64,000 bases of DNA from a virus: positions 64,001 through 128,000 of IMG/VR virus record IMGVR_UViG_3300023109_000007; one strand, given 5' to 3'. Every line of letters begins with the position of its first letter. The stretch's first letter is position 1. A model generated the notes under the pieces. That model had not been told where the DNA came from. It saw only the letters and a list, made by a program, of their open reading frames with translations, and made no database searches. Positions 1 through 9,952 of the stretch are shown piece by piece. Both the position numbers and the translations under genes were made by a program.

Positions 1-1
1 A

Positions 2-2719
2 TACTCTTTTGAATTTTGCATAATCATTTTTTGATTGCTTTAAAGATTTTACAATGTTAAAGTTTTTATTAGTTATATGATATCCTGCTAGATTCATAGG
101 AGCAGTATGCTTTACAAATCTTTTACCGTATCTATTAACATTTTTTATATCACGTAAATTGCTCGGACCTGGATATATGCCTGAAAACGCATTTATATCT
201 TCTACCATAGAATCTACATGATCAATAACTTCGCCTAATGTAAACTGAGTTATATCATCGTTGCTTGGGTTTCTTTCTAAATTAATCGGAAAATCGTAAT
301 GTCCGTTTTCATTTTTATCAGCTGTTGTTTTTACCCTTAATTCTAACACATCGTTTTCTAGTAAGTCTGTTAGAAAACGTACAAATACTCGGCCATTAAT
401 TCTGTCTAATTCATAATCTAAAAAATTACTCTTTAATTGTTTGTTAACATAAACTGCAACACGCAAGTCAGTAACATTTACTGCATTATCTACAACGTCT
501 ACTTCAAAGTTATTCTGTTGATCTATTGTAGATACATATTGTCTAATAATTTTCTGTACCATTTTAGTAGGAGTTGATTCCCAACTATTTTGGTAACTAT
601 ATTCTTTATTATTATTATATTTTTTGAGGAATGCTGTATCAGTCTTTACAGTATAAAAGCCAGCAGCATCTTGATAAACAAATGTATCAGTAAGAAGATT
701 AAAGTTAAATAATATATCTCCTGAATTTTCAATTGATTGATATTCTAATGGAAATCCTAGCTCACTATCTGCTGTTCCTTCACCTTGTGCATAACTGAAT
801 AATTTAGTACCTGCAAAATTACTTGCTTCATATGTTGTAGTATCTGAATAACTTACTTCGTTTGCATCAAACAAATCAAACGTTGGATTTATGTTTACTC
901 CGGCTTTTGCTTGTGATGCTTTCCATTGCAAATTGTCATAGTAAAATAAACTACCTGCAAATTCAACACCTTGTGTAATAAGCACTGTCTGTAAATCTTG
1001 AGGTATAGCGTCAGCTGTTTCGATTAAAGTTATTTGGCGTCTATTATTAGTTGTTATAAACTTTACTTCATAAATTTTTCCGTTAACAAGTATATCAGTA
1101 TCGGCTGCAAATAGTACACGCATGCCTTCTGCTAATGCAACACCATCAACACTATAACCTAATGATCCTTCAATTATTGAAAATACATCTGTTGTATAGT
1201 TGTCAATTAAGTCAATATCTTTTTTAGCAAATACTCCGCTATTGTGTAACTTTAATCCTGGTTCAAATTCAATAATAGGTCTTTTTGCTCTAGCACTTTG
1301 ATCTATATTACTTGGTTGATTATTTCTTAATGCTGCATAATCAATAACATCTTTGTGGAACCATCTATTGTATCTTGCCCAAGGATTTTTATCAGGAGCA
1401 GCTCTGTTTATAATAATGTAATCTTTAGTACCTGCATAACTGCTTTGGTTTGCAAAAGGTAATCTATCAAATCCTTCGCTATCAAACAAGACAGCTTTTT
1501 CGGAAGCATAAGCAGCAGGAATAATTAAGTCTTTATCTCTAACTAATGTTATTTGGCTTCCGACTCCTTCAACATAATATGTTCCTTCACTATATGTATT
1601 TGGAGTAACTTTTCCTAAGAATTCAACTTTAAGACCATTTGTAAATTTAACACCATTAGAACTTGTGTATTCTTTTTTGCCAATAATTTCTGCATCTATA
1701 TTAATTGCTGTATTTTCTTCAATATCAAAAATTCTTACTTGGCCGCTAGTATTCAAATCATTCTTACTAATATAGAATAAGAAGTCAGGAGCATTTAACG
1801 GAATAGTAAATTCTATTACTCCGCTTTCAATATATACATTTGCAATTTCTGTACCTTCTTCATCAAATCTAGATATTCCATTAGGATATAATTCACTAAT
1901 GTTTTCGTCATCTCCGATTTCAATACCGCCTTCACGTGGCTGTACAATAAATTCTCCAAGATCATATGACTCGCCAAATAATGTAGCATCAAATAATCCT
2001 TCTCCTCTAACACCTTCTCTTGTTGCTGTTATTACAGAATTGCCAGGTGTAAATGATCTTGATACTGCAAATGCCATTGGGTGGCCTGGTGTATCAATTT
2101 CAAACCTATATGTTTGACCTCTATATAATACAAGATTTGGGTTAGCAGTTAGTCCGTCTGGAGTAAACAAAAATGCAGTATCTTCTCCGGCAGTAGTTAA
2201 GCCTACTGAGTATGTACTTGTGACTGATTGAGATTGTCCTAACACTTCAACTGTTTGTGGACCAGTTGGTAACCAATAGTATTCTCTAAAGTTTACAAAT
2301 TTATCCCAATCAATATGTGGGTTCCACGGATGATAATCTTGGGCATAAGTTTCTGAATGATTAGTAGTGTTGCCGCCAAATACACCTATTTGGTTTGTAA
2401 TATCATTATAATCTTTGTAAAAATTAACAGTACCTAATTCGTCCTTTTGAACTATAGCTGGTTCAAATTGATAGTCTGTTCTTTGCTTAGATACGTCAGG
2501 AACATAATTATCTCCCGGTACAAATGCTTTTGCTGTTGTTCTTCCATAATAAGATGTAAGTTTTTCAGCTACGCCAGGTTGTATTAACTGATCTAAAGTT
2601 GCTTGTAAAAAGTTTACGTTTGCTGTTGTTCTAAAGTAACGAGGTAATAAATCTGAGCTACGTCTTTTTTCACCGCCTTCGCCCGGTAGTGGTTTATCGT
2701 TTTGATTATCTATAGCCAT
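2..2719 (-). CDS. Large virion structural/baseplate-associated protein, truncated by the window edge (not in ORF track)
   Basis: ATG at 2719 overlaps the upstream TAA (TAATG) with a GGAGG SD. It reads MAIDNQNDKPLPGEGGEKRRSSDLLPRYFRTTAN...WNPHIDWDKFVNFREYYWLP and appears to stay open to the window start (not every codon checked). It sits directly after the gp6-like gene. Confidence 0.75.
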   Translation of the reverse strand, partial: MAIDNQNDKPLPGEGGEKRRSSDLLPRYFRTTANVNFLQATLDQLIQPGVAEKLTSYYGRTTAKAFVPGDNYVPDVSKQRTDYQFEPAIVQKDELGTVNFYKDYNDITNQIGVFGGNTTNHSETYAQDYHPWNPHIDWDKFVNFREYYWLPTGPQTVEVLGQSQSVTSTYSVGLTTAGEDTAFLFTPDGLTANPNLVLYRGQTYRFEIDTPGHPMAFAVSRSFTPGNSVITATREGVRGEGLFDATLFGESYDLGEFIVQPREGGIEIGDDENISELYPNGISRFDEEGTEIANVYIESGVIEFTIPLNAPDFLFYISKNDLNTSGQVRIFDIEENTAINIDAEIIGKKEYTSSNGVKFTNGLKVEFLGKVTPNTYSEGTYYVEGVGSQITLVRDKDLIIPAAYASEKAVLFDSEGFDRLPFANQSSYAGTKDYIIINRAAPDKNPWARYNRWFHKDVIDYAALRNNQPSNIDQSARAKRPIIEFEPGLKLHNSGVFAKKDIDLIDNYTTDVFSIIEGSLGYSVDGVALAEGMRVLFAADTDILVNGKIYEVKFITTNNRRQITLIETADAIPQDLQTVLITQGVEFAGSLFYYDNLQWKASQAKAGVNINPTFDLFDANEVSYSDTTTYEASNFAGTKLFSYAQGEGTADSELGFPLEYQSIENSGDILFNFNLLTDTFVYQDAAGFYTVKTDTAFLKKYNNNKEYSYQNSWESTPTKMVQKIIRQYVSTIDQQNNFEVDVVDNAVNVTDLRVAVYVNKQLKSNFLDYELDRINGRVFVRFLTDLLENDVLELRVKTTADKNENGHYDFPINLERNPSNDDITQFTLGEVIDHVDSMVEDINAFSGIYPGPSNLRDIKNVNRYGKRFVKHTAPMNLAGYHITNKNFNIVKSLKQSKNDYAKFKRV

Positions 2720-5700
2720 TAGTAACTATAACCTCCGCTTGAAGAACTTCCCGAAGAACTACTAGAGCTACTTGAAGAAGAACTTGAACTGCTAACATTT
2801 GCTACATTACTACTACTTCTTGTGCTTAATACAGGAGCACTTTGTACCCCTACTACTTCTGCTGGTGTAGACGTAACAATTTTTCCAGACGACTGTAATT
2901 TAGAAGAAGTAATTTCGTCAATTACATCAATATCTTTTACTGTTGCGCCATTTATAAATATTTCATCGTTTTCTGAATTAATTTGGAATAGGCTTCCAAA
3001 TGATTGATCTGCTTGTTCTGGAACAATAAGAAAACTTACTAAATCAGGACTCATAAAATTCATTACATAAGAACTAAGTTCTTGAAAATAAAATGTGTCT
3101 CCAAAGTCCCAATTTTCTGTGCTAAAGAATCTATTAATTAAAGCAACTATACGTGATTTAATATCATTGTCATTTAGTACAAGATCAGGATTCTTTACAA
3201 CTTTAAATTTAACTTGCAAGTCAGGCATTGCTTTTGATCCAAATAATACTTTGTACTTAACAGGGTGATATATTATTTCATCACTTATTGATTTAATTGC
3301 ATTTAACTCTTTTCCATAAAGTCTAAATAATTCATCACTGCTAGGTGGCTTTGGTTTCATTGGCATTTCGCCTGAAAGATAAAGTCTAAACTGTGTATCA
3401 TAATTTCTACTTAATACATGAGTATCAATAATATTACTTAAACTTGGATCTATTCTATTTTCAGAATCAGCTACATGTAGGTAGTTAAACTTCAACGAGT
3501 TTCTACCAATATATGCTCTATAATTTGAAATTGTAGTTAAACTATTTGCAGTTGAATTATACTGTTTAAATACAGCTTCTTCAACTAGATAAAATATCTT
3601 TCCGTTGTTATTACTAATACGCTCTACTGCTGCTTCGTTTGTTACTTGTATAATATCTGCATTAGTATTATCAAAATATTTAAAGTCTTCAACACCATCA
3701 GACGTAGTATATAATTTTTGGTATATGTACTCATTAGCATTAACTATTTCTTCAAATATTTCAGGGTCATCAAATATGCCATCATTGTTTGAATCATAAA
3801 ATGTTACTTCTAATTTTCTAGTATCTCTGTATCCTGCTGGATCTCTAAATTCTTTAGCTGCACTCCATGTATAATCTTTATTAAACGGAACTCCAGAACC
3901 ATCAGGTTTTGAATTAATAGACAAAACATCTATTTTGTCTTTAAGAACTTTACCTGTCCTCGGATTAAAGACTTTATTTGCTTGATCAAAATAAAACTTT
4001 AGTTCGTCAGCACTTTCAAAAACATATCTTAAATTTCTGTAAGTTATTGTATATGTTTCACCATTTGTTTTGAAGTAAAGCAACCAACTAGAATCTAGTT
4101 GCTGTCCACTAACATCGCCTGTTTTACCTGTACTAAAGTCAGCTGTTGTATTAATGTTATCAGCTGTAATTAATTTCCAACGTCTTGCAATATCGTCATA
4201 TCTAATAGCATAATCGTTGTAAGCAAATGTTTGGTCAATAATCTGTGTCTTAAGGTCATCTAATAATACCGAAGACAATTTAGGTTTAATTTGTGTCAAT
4301 ATTGGTTTGATATTTGCATCGCCGTTTGAAACAGGTAATATTTCATTTAGAATAATATTTCCTATGTTGTTTGTTGTACCAGTACCGTCACCTGTAACAC
4401 TTACAACCTTTACCCATCTATATAAAGATGCGTTTGGATGATCAGCTGGTCCAGGCATTATAATATTTTCTGCATCGTCCATAAAGTGATAACCTTCTGG
4501 TGCAGCAAATCTTAACATCGATCCTGCTTCAATTAATCTTAAACTATTACTTGTAAATGCTCCAACTTTATATGATACTGCATCTTGGTCAATAAAGTTA
4601 CCTGTGTCAGCATTAGTTGACGTAGATGTTGACGACCATCGTGCATTTAAATCAGTAACAATAATTTTTGGATATTTTGCCCAATAAAAGTTTTTCATAT
4701 TAGTGCTAGTTAACAATCCTTGTATAGTATTATAAATTACACCTTCAACATCACTTTGTGTTACAAAACTAAAGTTATTCTTTTCGTCAAATTTTTGCTG
4801 GTACAAAATACCATCTGTTCCAAATAAATTTGTATTACTGTATTTTCCTGTAGTATCCTTTAAATCTAAATATCTGCTTATTCCGCTGCTAACTCTATTA
4901 ACTGATCTTGTCTTAATAATATCTTGGCTTACACCCAATGGTGCAACATTATAGTCTTCGCCTGTAATCATTCGATTTTGAGTATAATACGTTGCAGGAG
5001 CATTTGATTTTATGCTTTCATTTGACTCACTTTGTGTAGCATTATTAACAGCATACTTAAGACTCATTGTTATAGTAAGTTTTTCGTTAGTATTTTTTCT
5101 ACTAATGTAAGGTATAGAAATAGTAATATTTGACATACCTGCAGGATTAACAGAAAGATTTCTGTTAGCACTTGTTCTATAATATGTTCTAAAGTTGCCA
5201 GCTGGAAGATTGCCAAATACACCGTCACTAAACACTAGATTAATTCTATCACTAACTCTTGTAGCAACTGTAAATACGTTTCTAATATTTTTAGACAAAC
5301 TATTATAGATAATATTGTTACCTTCAACAGCAGCTAGTTTTGACCAAAGTTCGTTTTCAAATCCATTTGAATCAATGCTGTATAACCAGACATCACTGTT
5401 GTTTATGTTTGTTACATCAATAGCAATATTTTGATTAGGCGTTGGATTTTCAACAAAAAATTCTCCAGACTTTAGTGTTCCTTGTCTAAAGTGCATAAAG
5501 AAACCTGTATTAGAACTGCCAGCGCCTCTGCCGTCATCTCTAAATAGAAACGCAGGATTATTTCCTGGTAACGGTGGTTCTTCTAATATTTCTCCGTCTT
5601 GAATATCTGTACTTACTGCTTCAAATGCTACAGTAGTTCCTTCAACAGTTTTTGTAAACTTAAATCTTGGAATATCTGTGTTTAAAGAATTTAATCTGTA

Positions 5701-6258
5701 CTGCTCTGTAGATATGCCTGATACTTGTTCATTCTTTAGAGGTGTACCTACGCCGTTATTTGCAGGCAATGCTGCATTAAGTATTTTTGTAAATTGCTCA
5801 AACCAAGAGCTGCTACTAGCATCGTTCCAATTGACTGTAATACCAGCTAAATTTGTTCCTGAACTATCAATAAGTGTTTCAGTAGTTTTTATGCTATCAA
5901 ACTTTAATAGCCCTGATGCTGCTTGATTTCTTTTAGGATTATAAGAAATTAGTCTTGCTAAACGTAATATGCTTTCTCTACGTTCTGCTGTTTCAAGAAA
6001 GTTTTCTCTAGCATTTAAATCTGTTCTAAATGACAGATTTTGGCCGAGGAAAGCTATCATGTCAATTAGTGCTAAGAATTCACTAGATTCAATATAATCG
6101 TTAAAGTCTTCTGGATAATTTTGGCGCAGATAATTAATTAAAGTTCTGCGTAGGCTATCAAAATCATAACTTTGAAAATCAGCATTCCTGTATGATTGGT
6201 ATATGCGTTTCCAGTCTTCTGTTACTAACAGTCGATTTTGTCTATCTGTTGATGACAT
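2719..6258 (-). CDS. gp6: Baseplate wedge subunit (T4 gp6-like, extended)
   Basis: N-terminal DFDSLRRTLINYLR...DFNDYIESSE...ENFLETAERRESILRLARLISYNPKR and QNRMITGEDY motifs are typical of gp6/baseplate J. ATG 6258 has a GAGGA SD and was preferred over TTG 6264. Confidence 0.85.
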   Translation of the reverse strand: MSSTDRQNRLLVTEDWKRIYQSYRNADFQSYDFDSLRRTLINYLRQNYPEDFNDYIESSEFLALIDMIAFLGQNLSFRTDLNARENFLETAERRESILRLARLISYNPKRNQAASGLLKFDSIKTTETLIDSSGTNLAGITVNWNDASSSSWFEQFTKILNAALPANNGVGTPLKNEQVSGISTEQYRLNSLNTDIPRFKFTKTVEGTTVAFEAVSTDIQDGEILEEPPLPGNNPAFLFRDDGRGAGSSNTGFFMHFRQGTLKSGEFFVENPTPNQNIAIDVTNINNSDVWLYSIDSNGFENELWSKLAAVEGNNIIYNSLSKNIRNVFTVATRVSDRINLVFSDGVFGNLPAGNFRTYYRTSANRNLSVNPAGMSNITISIPYISRKNTNEKLTITMSLKYAVNNATQSESNESIKSNAPATYYTQNRMITGEDYNVAPLGVSQDIIKTRSVNRVSSGISRYLDLKDTTGKYSNTNLFGTDGILYQQKFDEKNNFSFVTQSDVEGVIYNTIQGLLTSTNMKNFYWAKYPKIIVTDLNARWSSTSTSTNADTGNFIDQDAVSYKVGAFTSNSLRLIEAGSMLRFAAPEGYHFMDDAENIIMPGPADHPNASLYRWVKVVSVTGDGTGTTNNIGNIILNEILPVSNGDANIKPILTQIKPKLSSVLLDDLKTQIIDQTFAYNDYAIRYDDIARRWKLITADNINTTADFSTGKTGDVSGQQLDSSWLLYFKTNGETYTITYRNLRYVFESADELKFYFDQANKVFNPRTGKVLKDKIDVLSINSKPDGSGVPFNKDYTWSAAKEFRDPAGYRDTRKLEVTFYDSNNDGIFDDPEIFEEIVNANEYIYQKLYTTSDGVEDFKYFDNTNADIIQVTNEAAVERISNNNGKIFYLVEEAVFKQYNSTANSLTTISNYRAYIGRNSLKFNYLHVADSENRIDPSLSNIIDTHVLSRNYDTQFRLYLSGEMPMKPKPPSSDELFRLYGKELNAIKSISDEIIYHPVKYKVLFGSKAMPDLQVKFKVVKNPDLVLNDNDIKSRIVALINRFFSTENWDFGDTFYFQELSSYVMNFMSPDLVSFLIVPEQADQSFGSLFQINSENDEIFINGATVKDIDVIDEITSSKLQSSGKIVTSTPAEVVGVQSAPVLSTRSSSNVANVSSSSSSSSSSSSSSGSSSSGGYSY

Positions 6259-6280
6259 TGGCAATTCCTCATTTGTTGTA

Positions 6281-6288
6281 GTATTTAG
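6281..6288 (-). promoter_or_regulatory. T4-type late promoter (CTAAATAC)
   Basis: Variant of TATAAATA about 22 nt upstream of the gp6-like start. The same TAAATA core precedes many structural genes in the window. Confidence 0.6.
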
Positions 6289-6310
6289 CGTTAGAGATTA
6301 ACTACTACTA

Positions 6311-6754
6311 TTATATCAGGCCGGCAGCCTGATCAAACTTAAATCGCAATGTTTCGGATATATCGAAAGCTATATATGTTAAATCTGCTTCAATTTGAAG
6401 ACCAAACTCATACGGAGTAACAGTGATAGTGTTAACTCCTACTCTAGGATCATAGTTTATAATTTCTGTAACGTTTTGAATTACTGCTTCTTTAACATCG
6501 TCAGTAAACGGTTCAAATAATATGTCCCAAATAATTGTACCAAATTCAGGATCTGATAATTTTTCGCCTTGTCTAATATGAAAGTGATTTATAATATCTT
6601 GTTTAATAATATCTAAATCGTATAATGCATAAGAATCTTTACTAATATCAACTGTTGAAAATCCTCTATAAGACCTTCCTTGCTTAGTATCCGTGGCTCG
6701 TGCAGCATTTTTTACTGTAACTCTTTTGTATAAATTCTTTTCAATAGTACTCAT
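6311..6754 (-). CDS. gp25: Baseplate wedge/sheath initiator (gp25-like)
   Basis: IKQDIINHFHIRQGEKLSDPEFGTIIWDILFEP...YDPRV motif of the GPW/gp25 family. Confidence 0.85.
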   Translation of the reverse strand: MSTIEKNLYKRVTVKNAARATDTKQGRSYRGFSTVDISKDSYALYDLDIIKQDIINHFHIRQGEKLSDPEFGTIIWDILFEPFTDDVKEAVIQNVTEIINYDPRVGVNTITVTPYEFGLQIEADLTYIAFDISETLRFKFDQAAGLI

Positions 6755-6758
6755 AACG

Positions 6759-6766
6759 TATTTACC
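6759..6766 (-). promoter_or_regulatory. Late promoter (GGTAAATA), probably giving a near-leaderless mRNA
   Basis: TAAATA core only 4 nt upstream of the gp25 ATG, with no SD between them. Confidence 0.5.
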
Positions 6767-9217
6767 TTAAACTGTTGCTGTGTTTCCTGATCCACCGACT
6801 GACCTTGCACCAAGTACATAGTACTCATCTGGCTTTGTACCATATGCGTCAGCTTGTCCACGCTGTCCATTTCTCCAGTTCTTCATTGCAGCAGCACCTA
6901 ATAAATGTGCGCCTGCTAACATGCCTGCCTTTTTATCGTTTGCATCGCCGGAACGTATGCCGCCGTTGTTTGTTAGATATATGTAGTTTTTATTTGTATA
7001 TGCTATCATTGCTTTTTCTTGGCAATTACCAACATTTGTTAACCAATCTTGTTTGTTGTTAACGCCATCTTTGCCTGTCCAAGCAGCTGGATTATTAAGT
7101 GTTCTGTTATTACCACTAGAACCTAAAATAATATATCCTGCTTCTTGACACGCTAATGATCCAAATTGATACTTACCTGAGTAGCCAATAGTATTAACAA
7201 CATCATATTTGTTGCCGCTTTCACGCTGTCCAATTGCACTCATATAATTTGCAGTTTCACTTCTACTAAATCCTGTAATTGTTCCAGGAACTTCAGAAGC
7301 AGATAAAACAGGAGCAGCTAATGTTCCTGGCTGTTGAAGAGCAGAATCAAGTGTTCTGTCAACTGTTGGATCTAACGGATCGCCTCCTGCTGATAAACTA
7401 AATCCTCCTGCACTACTGTTTGAGAAACTTGATATCGCAGGGTTAAGAGATGAAACTTGCTGGTTTGTATTTTTTCTAAATGTATCAGGTGTCTGAGCCG
7501 GTCTGCCGTCTATTAGTTGTCCAACTTGCTCTCTATCAGTTTCTTCTAATTTAAATGATTGCGGATTTTGATTTTCATGATGCGGCCAAGGTTCGTGCTG
7601 CGGAGATCTTGCTAGAATACTTTGGTACGTTCCTGGAACACTAACACCCGGAGTAATTTGAGGTAATGAAATTAAAGGCAGTCTTACAACTGGTTCAGGA
7701 GTTTCTGCTGGACCTGCTGCGCTTGCGCTACCGGACAATCCACTATTCCAATGTACTTCTCCTGCATCCCCTGAAAGTATACCCGGAGCTGCTAAACTAA
7801 TATTAGATCCTGATGATACTAACGTACTTGATGCTGAAGTAATATTAACATTTGCTCCTGCTTGTAGATTCATAGCTGCTGTTGAAATAACATTTACAGC
7901 AGCATCAGAATCTATATTAGTTGCACCTGCTGATTTAATATTAACAGCAGCACCTGCTTCTGCTTTGATTGCTGAACCAACAAGCAATTGATGACTAGCA
8001 CCAACAGTTATTTTAGATTCTGTACCTACGTCTAAATTAAAGGCATGCTTAGATTCAATTTGTACTCTGCCAGCTTCATTTCCACGTCCATCTTTATTTG
8101 CAAAGTTTGCATATCTAGCACTTGCTTTCATATTGATGTTTCTACCCGCTTCTACATTAAAGTCTCTAAATGCAGTAAAGTTTAAATCATTTTCACTGTT
8201 AACACTAATACTATCTTGACTATGAATATCTATTTTACCATCACTAGTAATTTCTATCCATGCAGTTCCACGTGAGTTAGCAATATAAATTAAATCTTCT
8301 GAATTGTGTAGTAAAATTTGATGACCAGTACGTGTCCTAAATCTTAATAATTCGTTGTGTGGTATAGTTTCGTCGCCGCCTGCTTCACCTGCTTCTAAAC
8401 TAGCATAGAAAGGCGGTGCTTCTTCTGCATGTCCTTTCCTAAGTAACTTATCGTCACCGTCATCCATAACAATACTAGAACCGCCTAAGCGGCTTGCATA
8501 GTAATTTGTTTTATTTTGTTCTGAACCTGTGTCAAGTGTAGGTGCTCCAGGACGTTTATCTGTTGGGCCTGGTGTTGACATACCAAAAACTCCGCTAGGA
8601 ACTTCTCTTCTAGCACTTGTAGTTGTAGTACCTCGTGTTTCGTCTGATATTAATCCTTGAATTTGTAAAATTTGACTAAAGTCTTTGTTGTAAGGTTTTA
8701 CAAATCTAGTTGGATCTTTACCAGTACCTGTTTCAGTTTTCTTGTTATATTCGCCTACTGGTAATTTAATACCTTGTAAATCTTGAGGAGTATTAGGAGT
8801 AGTTAAGTCAGTACTTGCTCTTCCGTCAGGAACCATAAAGTTCATATTTTCGTCTTGAATACACCCTATCCAATAAGCATAGTTTGTATTATCTTCTACA
8901 AACATAACTAGAACTTTTGTTCCAACATCTGGCGGAACAGCCCAAAAGCCATAGCTTTTTTGTGTATATTCATAGCCGTCGTTTGCTGTTGTACCCATTG
9001 ACGGAGTAACCCCATAAAATGGACTTAGATATTTACATGTTACAAGTTGGCCAGTTCGTTCAGGATTGTTACCAGAACCATTCTTAAGAAGTTCAACTTC
9101 TAATGTTCCCATATTATAAGGATCAAGATGATTAACAATAATTGCTTCATATGGGCCACCTGCTTTTGGCGGACCAGCACTATTGACTGTTCTTGATAAC
9201 GTATTTGGCCTAGACAT
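6767..9217 (-). CDS. gp5: Baseplate central spike (gp5/VgrG-like) with C-terminal lysozyme-like domain
   Basis: N-terminal OB-fold motifs (DPYNMGTLEV, SYGFWAVPPDVGTKVLV), central beta-helix repeats, and C-terminal AIGQRESGNKY...GKYQFG of the lysozyme-like superfamily. Confidence 0.75.
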   Translation of the reverse strand: MSRPNTLSRTVNSAGPPKAGGPYEAIIVNHLDPYNMGTLEVELLKNGSGNNPERTGQLVTCKYLSPFYGVTPSMGTTANDGYEYTQKSYGFWAVPPDVGTKVLVMFVEDNTNYAYWIGCIQDENMNFMVPDGRASTDLTTPNTPQDLQGIKLPVGEYNKKTETGTGKDPTRFVKPYNKDFSQILQIQGLISDETRGTTTTSARREVPSGVFGMSTPGPTDKRPGAPTLDTGSEQNKTNYYASRLGGSSIVMDDGDDKLLRKGHAEEAPPFYASLEAGEAGGDETIPHNELLRFRTRTGHQILLHNSEDLIYIANSRGTAWIEITSDGKIDIHSQDSISVNSENDLNFTAFRDFNVEAGRNINMKASARYANFANKDGRGNEAGRVQIESKHAFNLDVGTESKITVGASHQLLVGSAIKAEAGAAVNIKSAGATNIDSDAAVNVISTAAMNLQAGANVNITSASSTLVSSGSNISLAAPGILSGDAGEVHWNSGLSGSASAAGPAETPEPVVRLPLISLPQITPGVSVPGTYQSILARSPQHEPWPHHENQNPQSFKLEETDREQVGQLIDGRPAQTPDTFRKNTNQQVSSLNPAISSFSNSSAGGFSLSAGGDPLDPTVDRTLDSALQQPGTLAAPVLSASEVPGTITGFSRSETANYMSAIGQRESGNKYDVVNTIGYSGKYQFGSLACQEAGYIILGSSGNNRTLNNPAAWTGKDGVNNKQDWLTNVGNCQEKAMIAYTNKNYIYLTNNGGIRSGDANDKKAGMLAGAHLLGAAAMKNWRNGQRGQADAYGTKPDEYYVLGARSVGGSGNTATV

Positions 9218-9241
9218 TAATGTACTCCATTAAATTGTTCC

Positions 9242-9952
9242 TTAAGACGGTCCTGAAGAACCACTGTACTGTTCAAAAGGTTCACCATTTTGCTGATGTG
9301 TCAATTTGTATTGTCTGTCCCATTCAGCTCTCTGTTCTCTTTCCTGCGGATCAGTCGGTCTTGGATCTACAGCTTCAAACGCCGGAGCATTTTGATGCTC
9401 CGCAGTACTATGTGTATTAGATCCGCATTCTTTACACGCAGCAAGATTTCCTTGTGGAGTATTTACTCCTGCACCAGTACTCCCTAGTCCACGTTGTGAT
9501 CCTAGTTGTGCAGCAGCATTGGATAATGTAAATACTTTTTGTCCAGTACGATAATCATATCTATTATCTAAAGGATCTGTTGGTAAGTATGGTCTATTAG
9601 GCACTGTTTGTATTCCGCCACTAGATCCTCGTGCAGTTAAATTGCTAGGTAATTGTGATGCAGCAGCAGTTGCAGGCGAAACTGTAGATAATGATGTTAC
9701 ATCAGGACCTGCGCCTCCAAAAGGATCTAATTGAGCAGCTATATTAGTAACATCAGGCAACCCTGGAACATCTGGTATTTGAAGTTTTCCTCTTGGGTCA
9801 AATGAGTCTGGTGTTAAATTTGCTATTTCAGTTGCCTTAGCAGCAATTTTTCGTGTTGTTGCTTCTAATCTTGCTTTTTGAGTTTCGATAATAGTGCCAA
9901 CAGGACCTGCGGCTATATAATCTCCTTTTTTTAAGAAATTGTTAATTGCCAT
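9242..9952 (-). CDS. Hypothetical baseplate-operon protein with zinc-knuckle-like motif
   Basis: 236-aa ORF coupled by TAATG to the upstream gene; contains CKECGSNTHSTAEH. Confidence 0.6.
   Translation of the reverse strand: MAINNFLKKGDYIAAGPVGTIIETQKARLEATTRKIAAKATEIANLTPDSFDPRGKLQIPDVPGLPDVTNIAAQLDPFGGAGPDVTSLSTVSPATAAASQLPSNLTARGSSGGIQTVPNRPYLPTDPLDNRYDYRTGQKVFTLSNAAAQLGSQRGLGSTGAGVNTPQGNLAACKECGSNTHSTAEHQNAPAFEAVDPRPTDPQEREQRAEWDRQYKLTHQQNGEPFEQYSGSSGPS

Noticed and set aside
2719-2790. Shared C-terminal GG-Y-x-Y 'sorting signal' (gp6 GGYSY; ORF 51540 GGGYY)
   Set aside because: In both cases the Gly codons form the GGAGG SD of the TAATG-coupled next gene, which is the simpler explanation.
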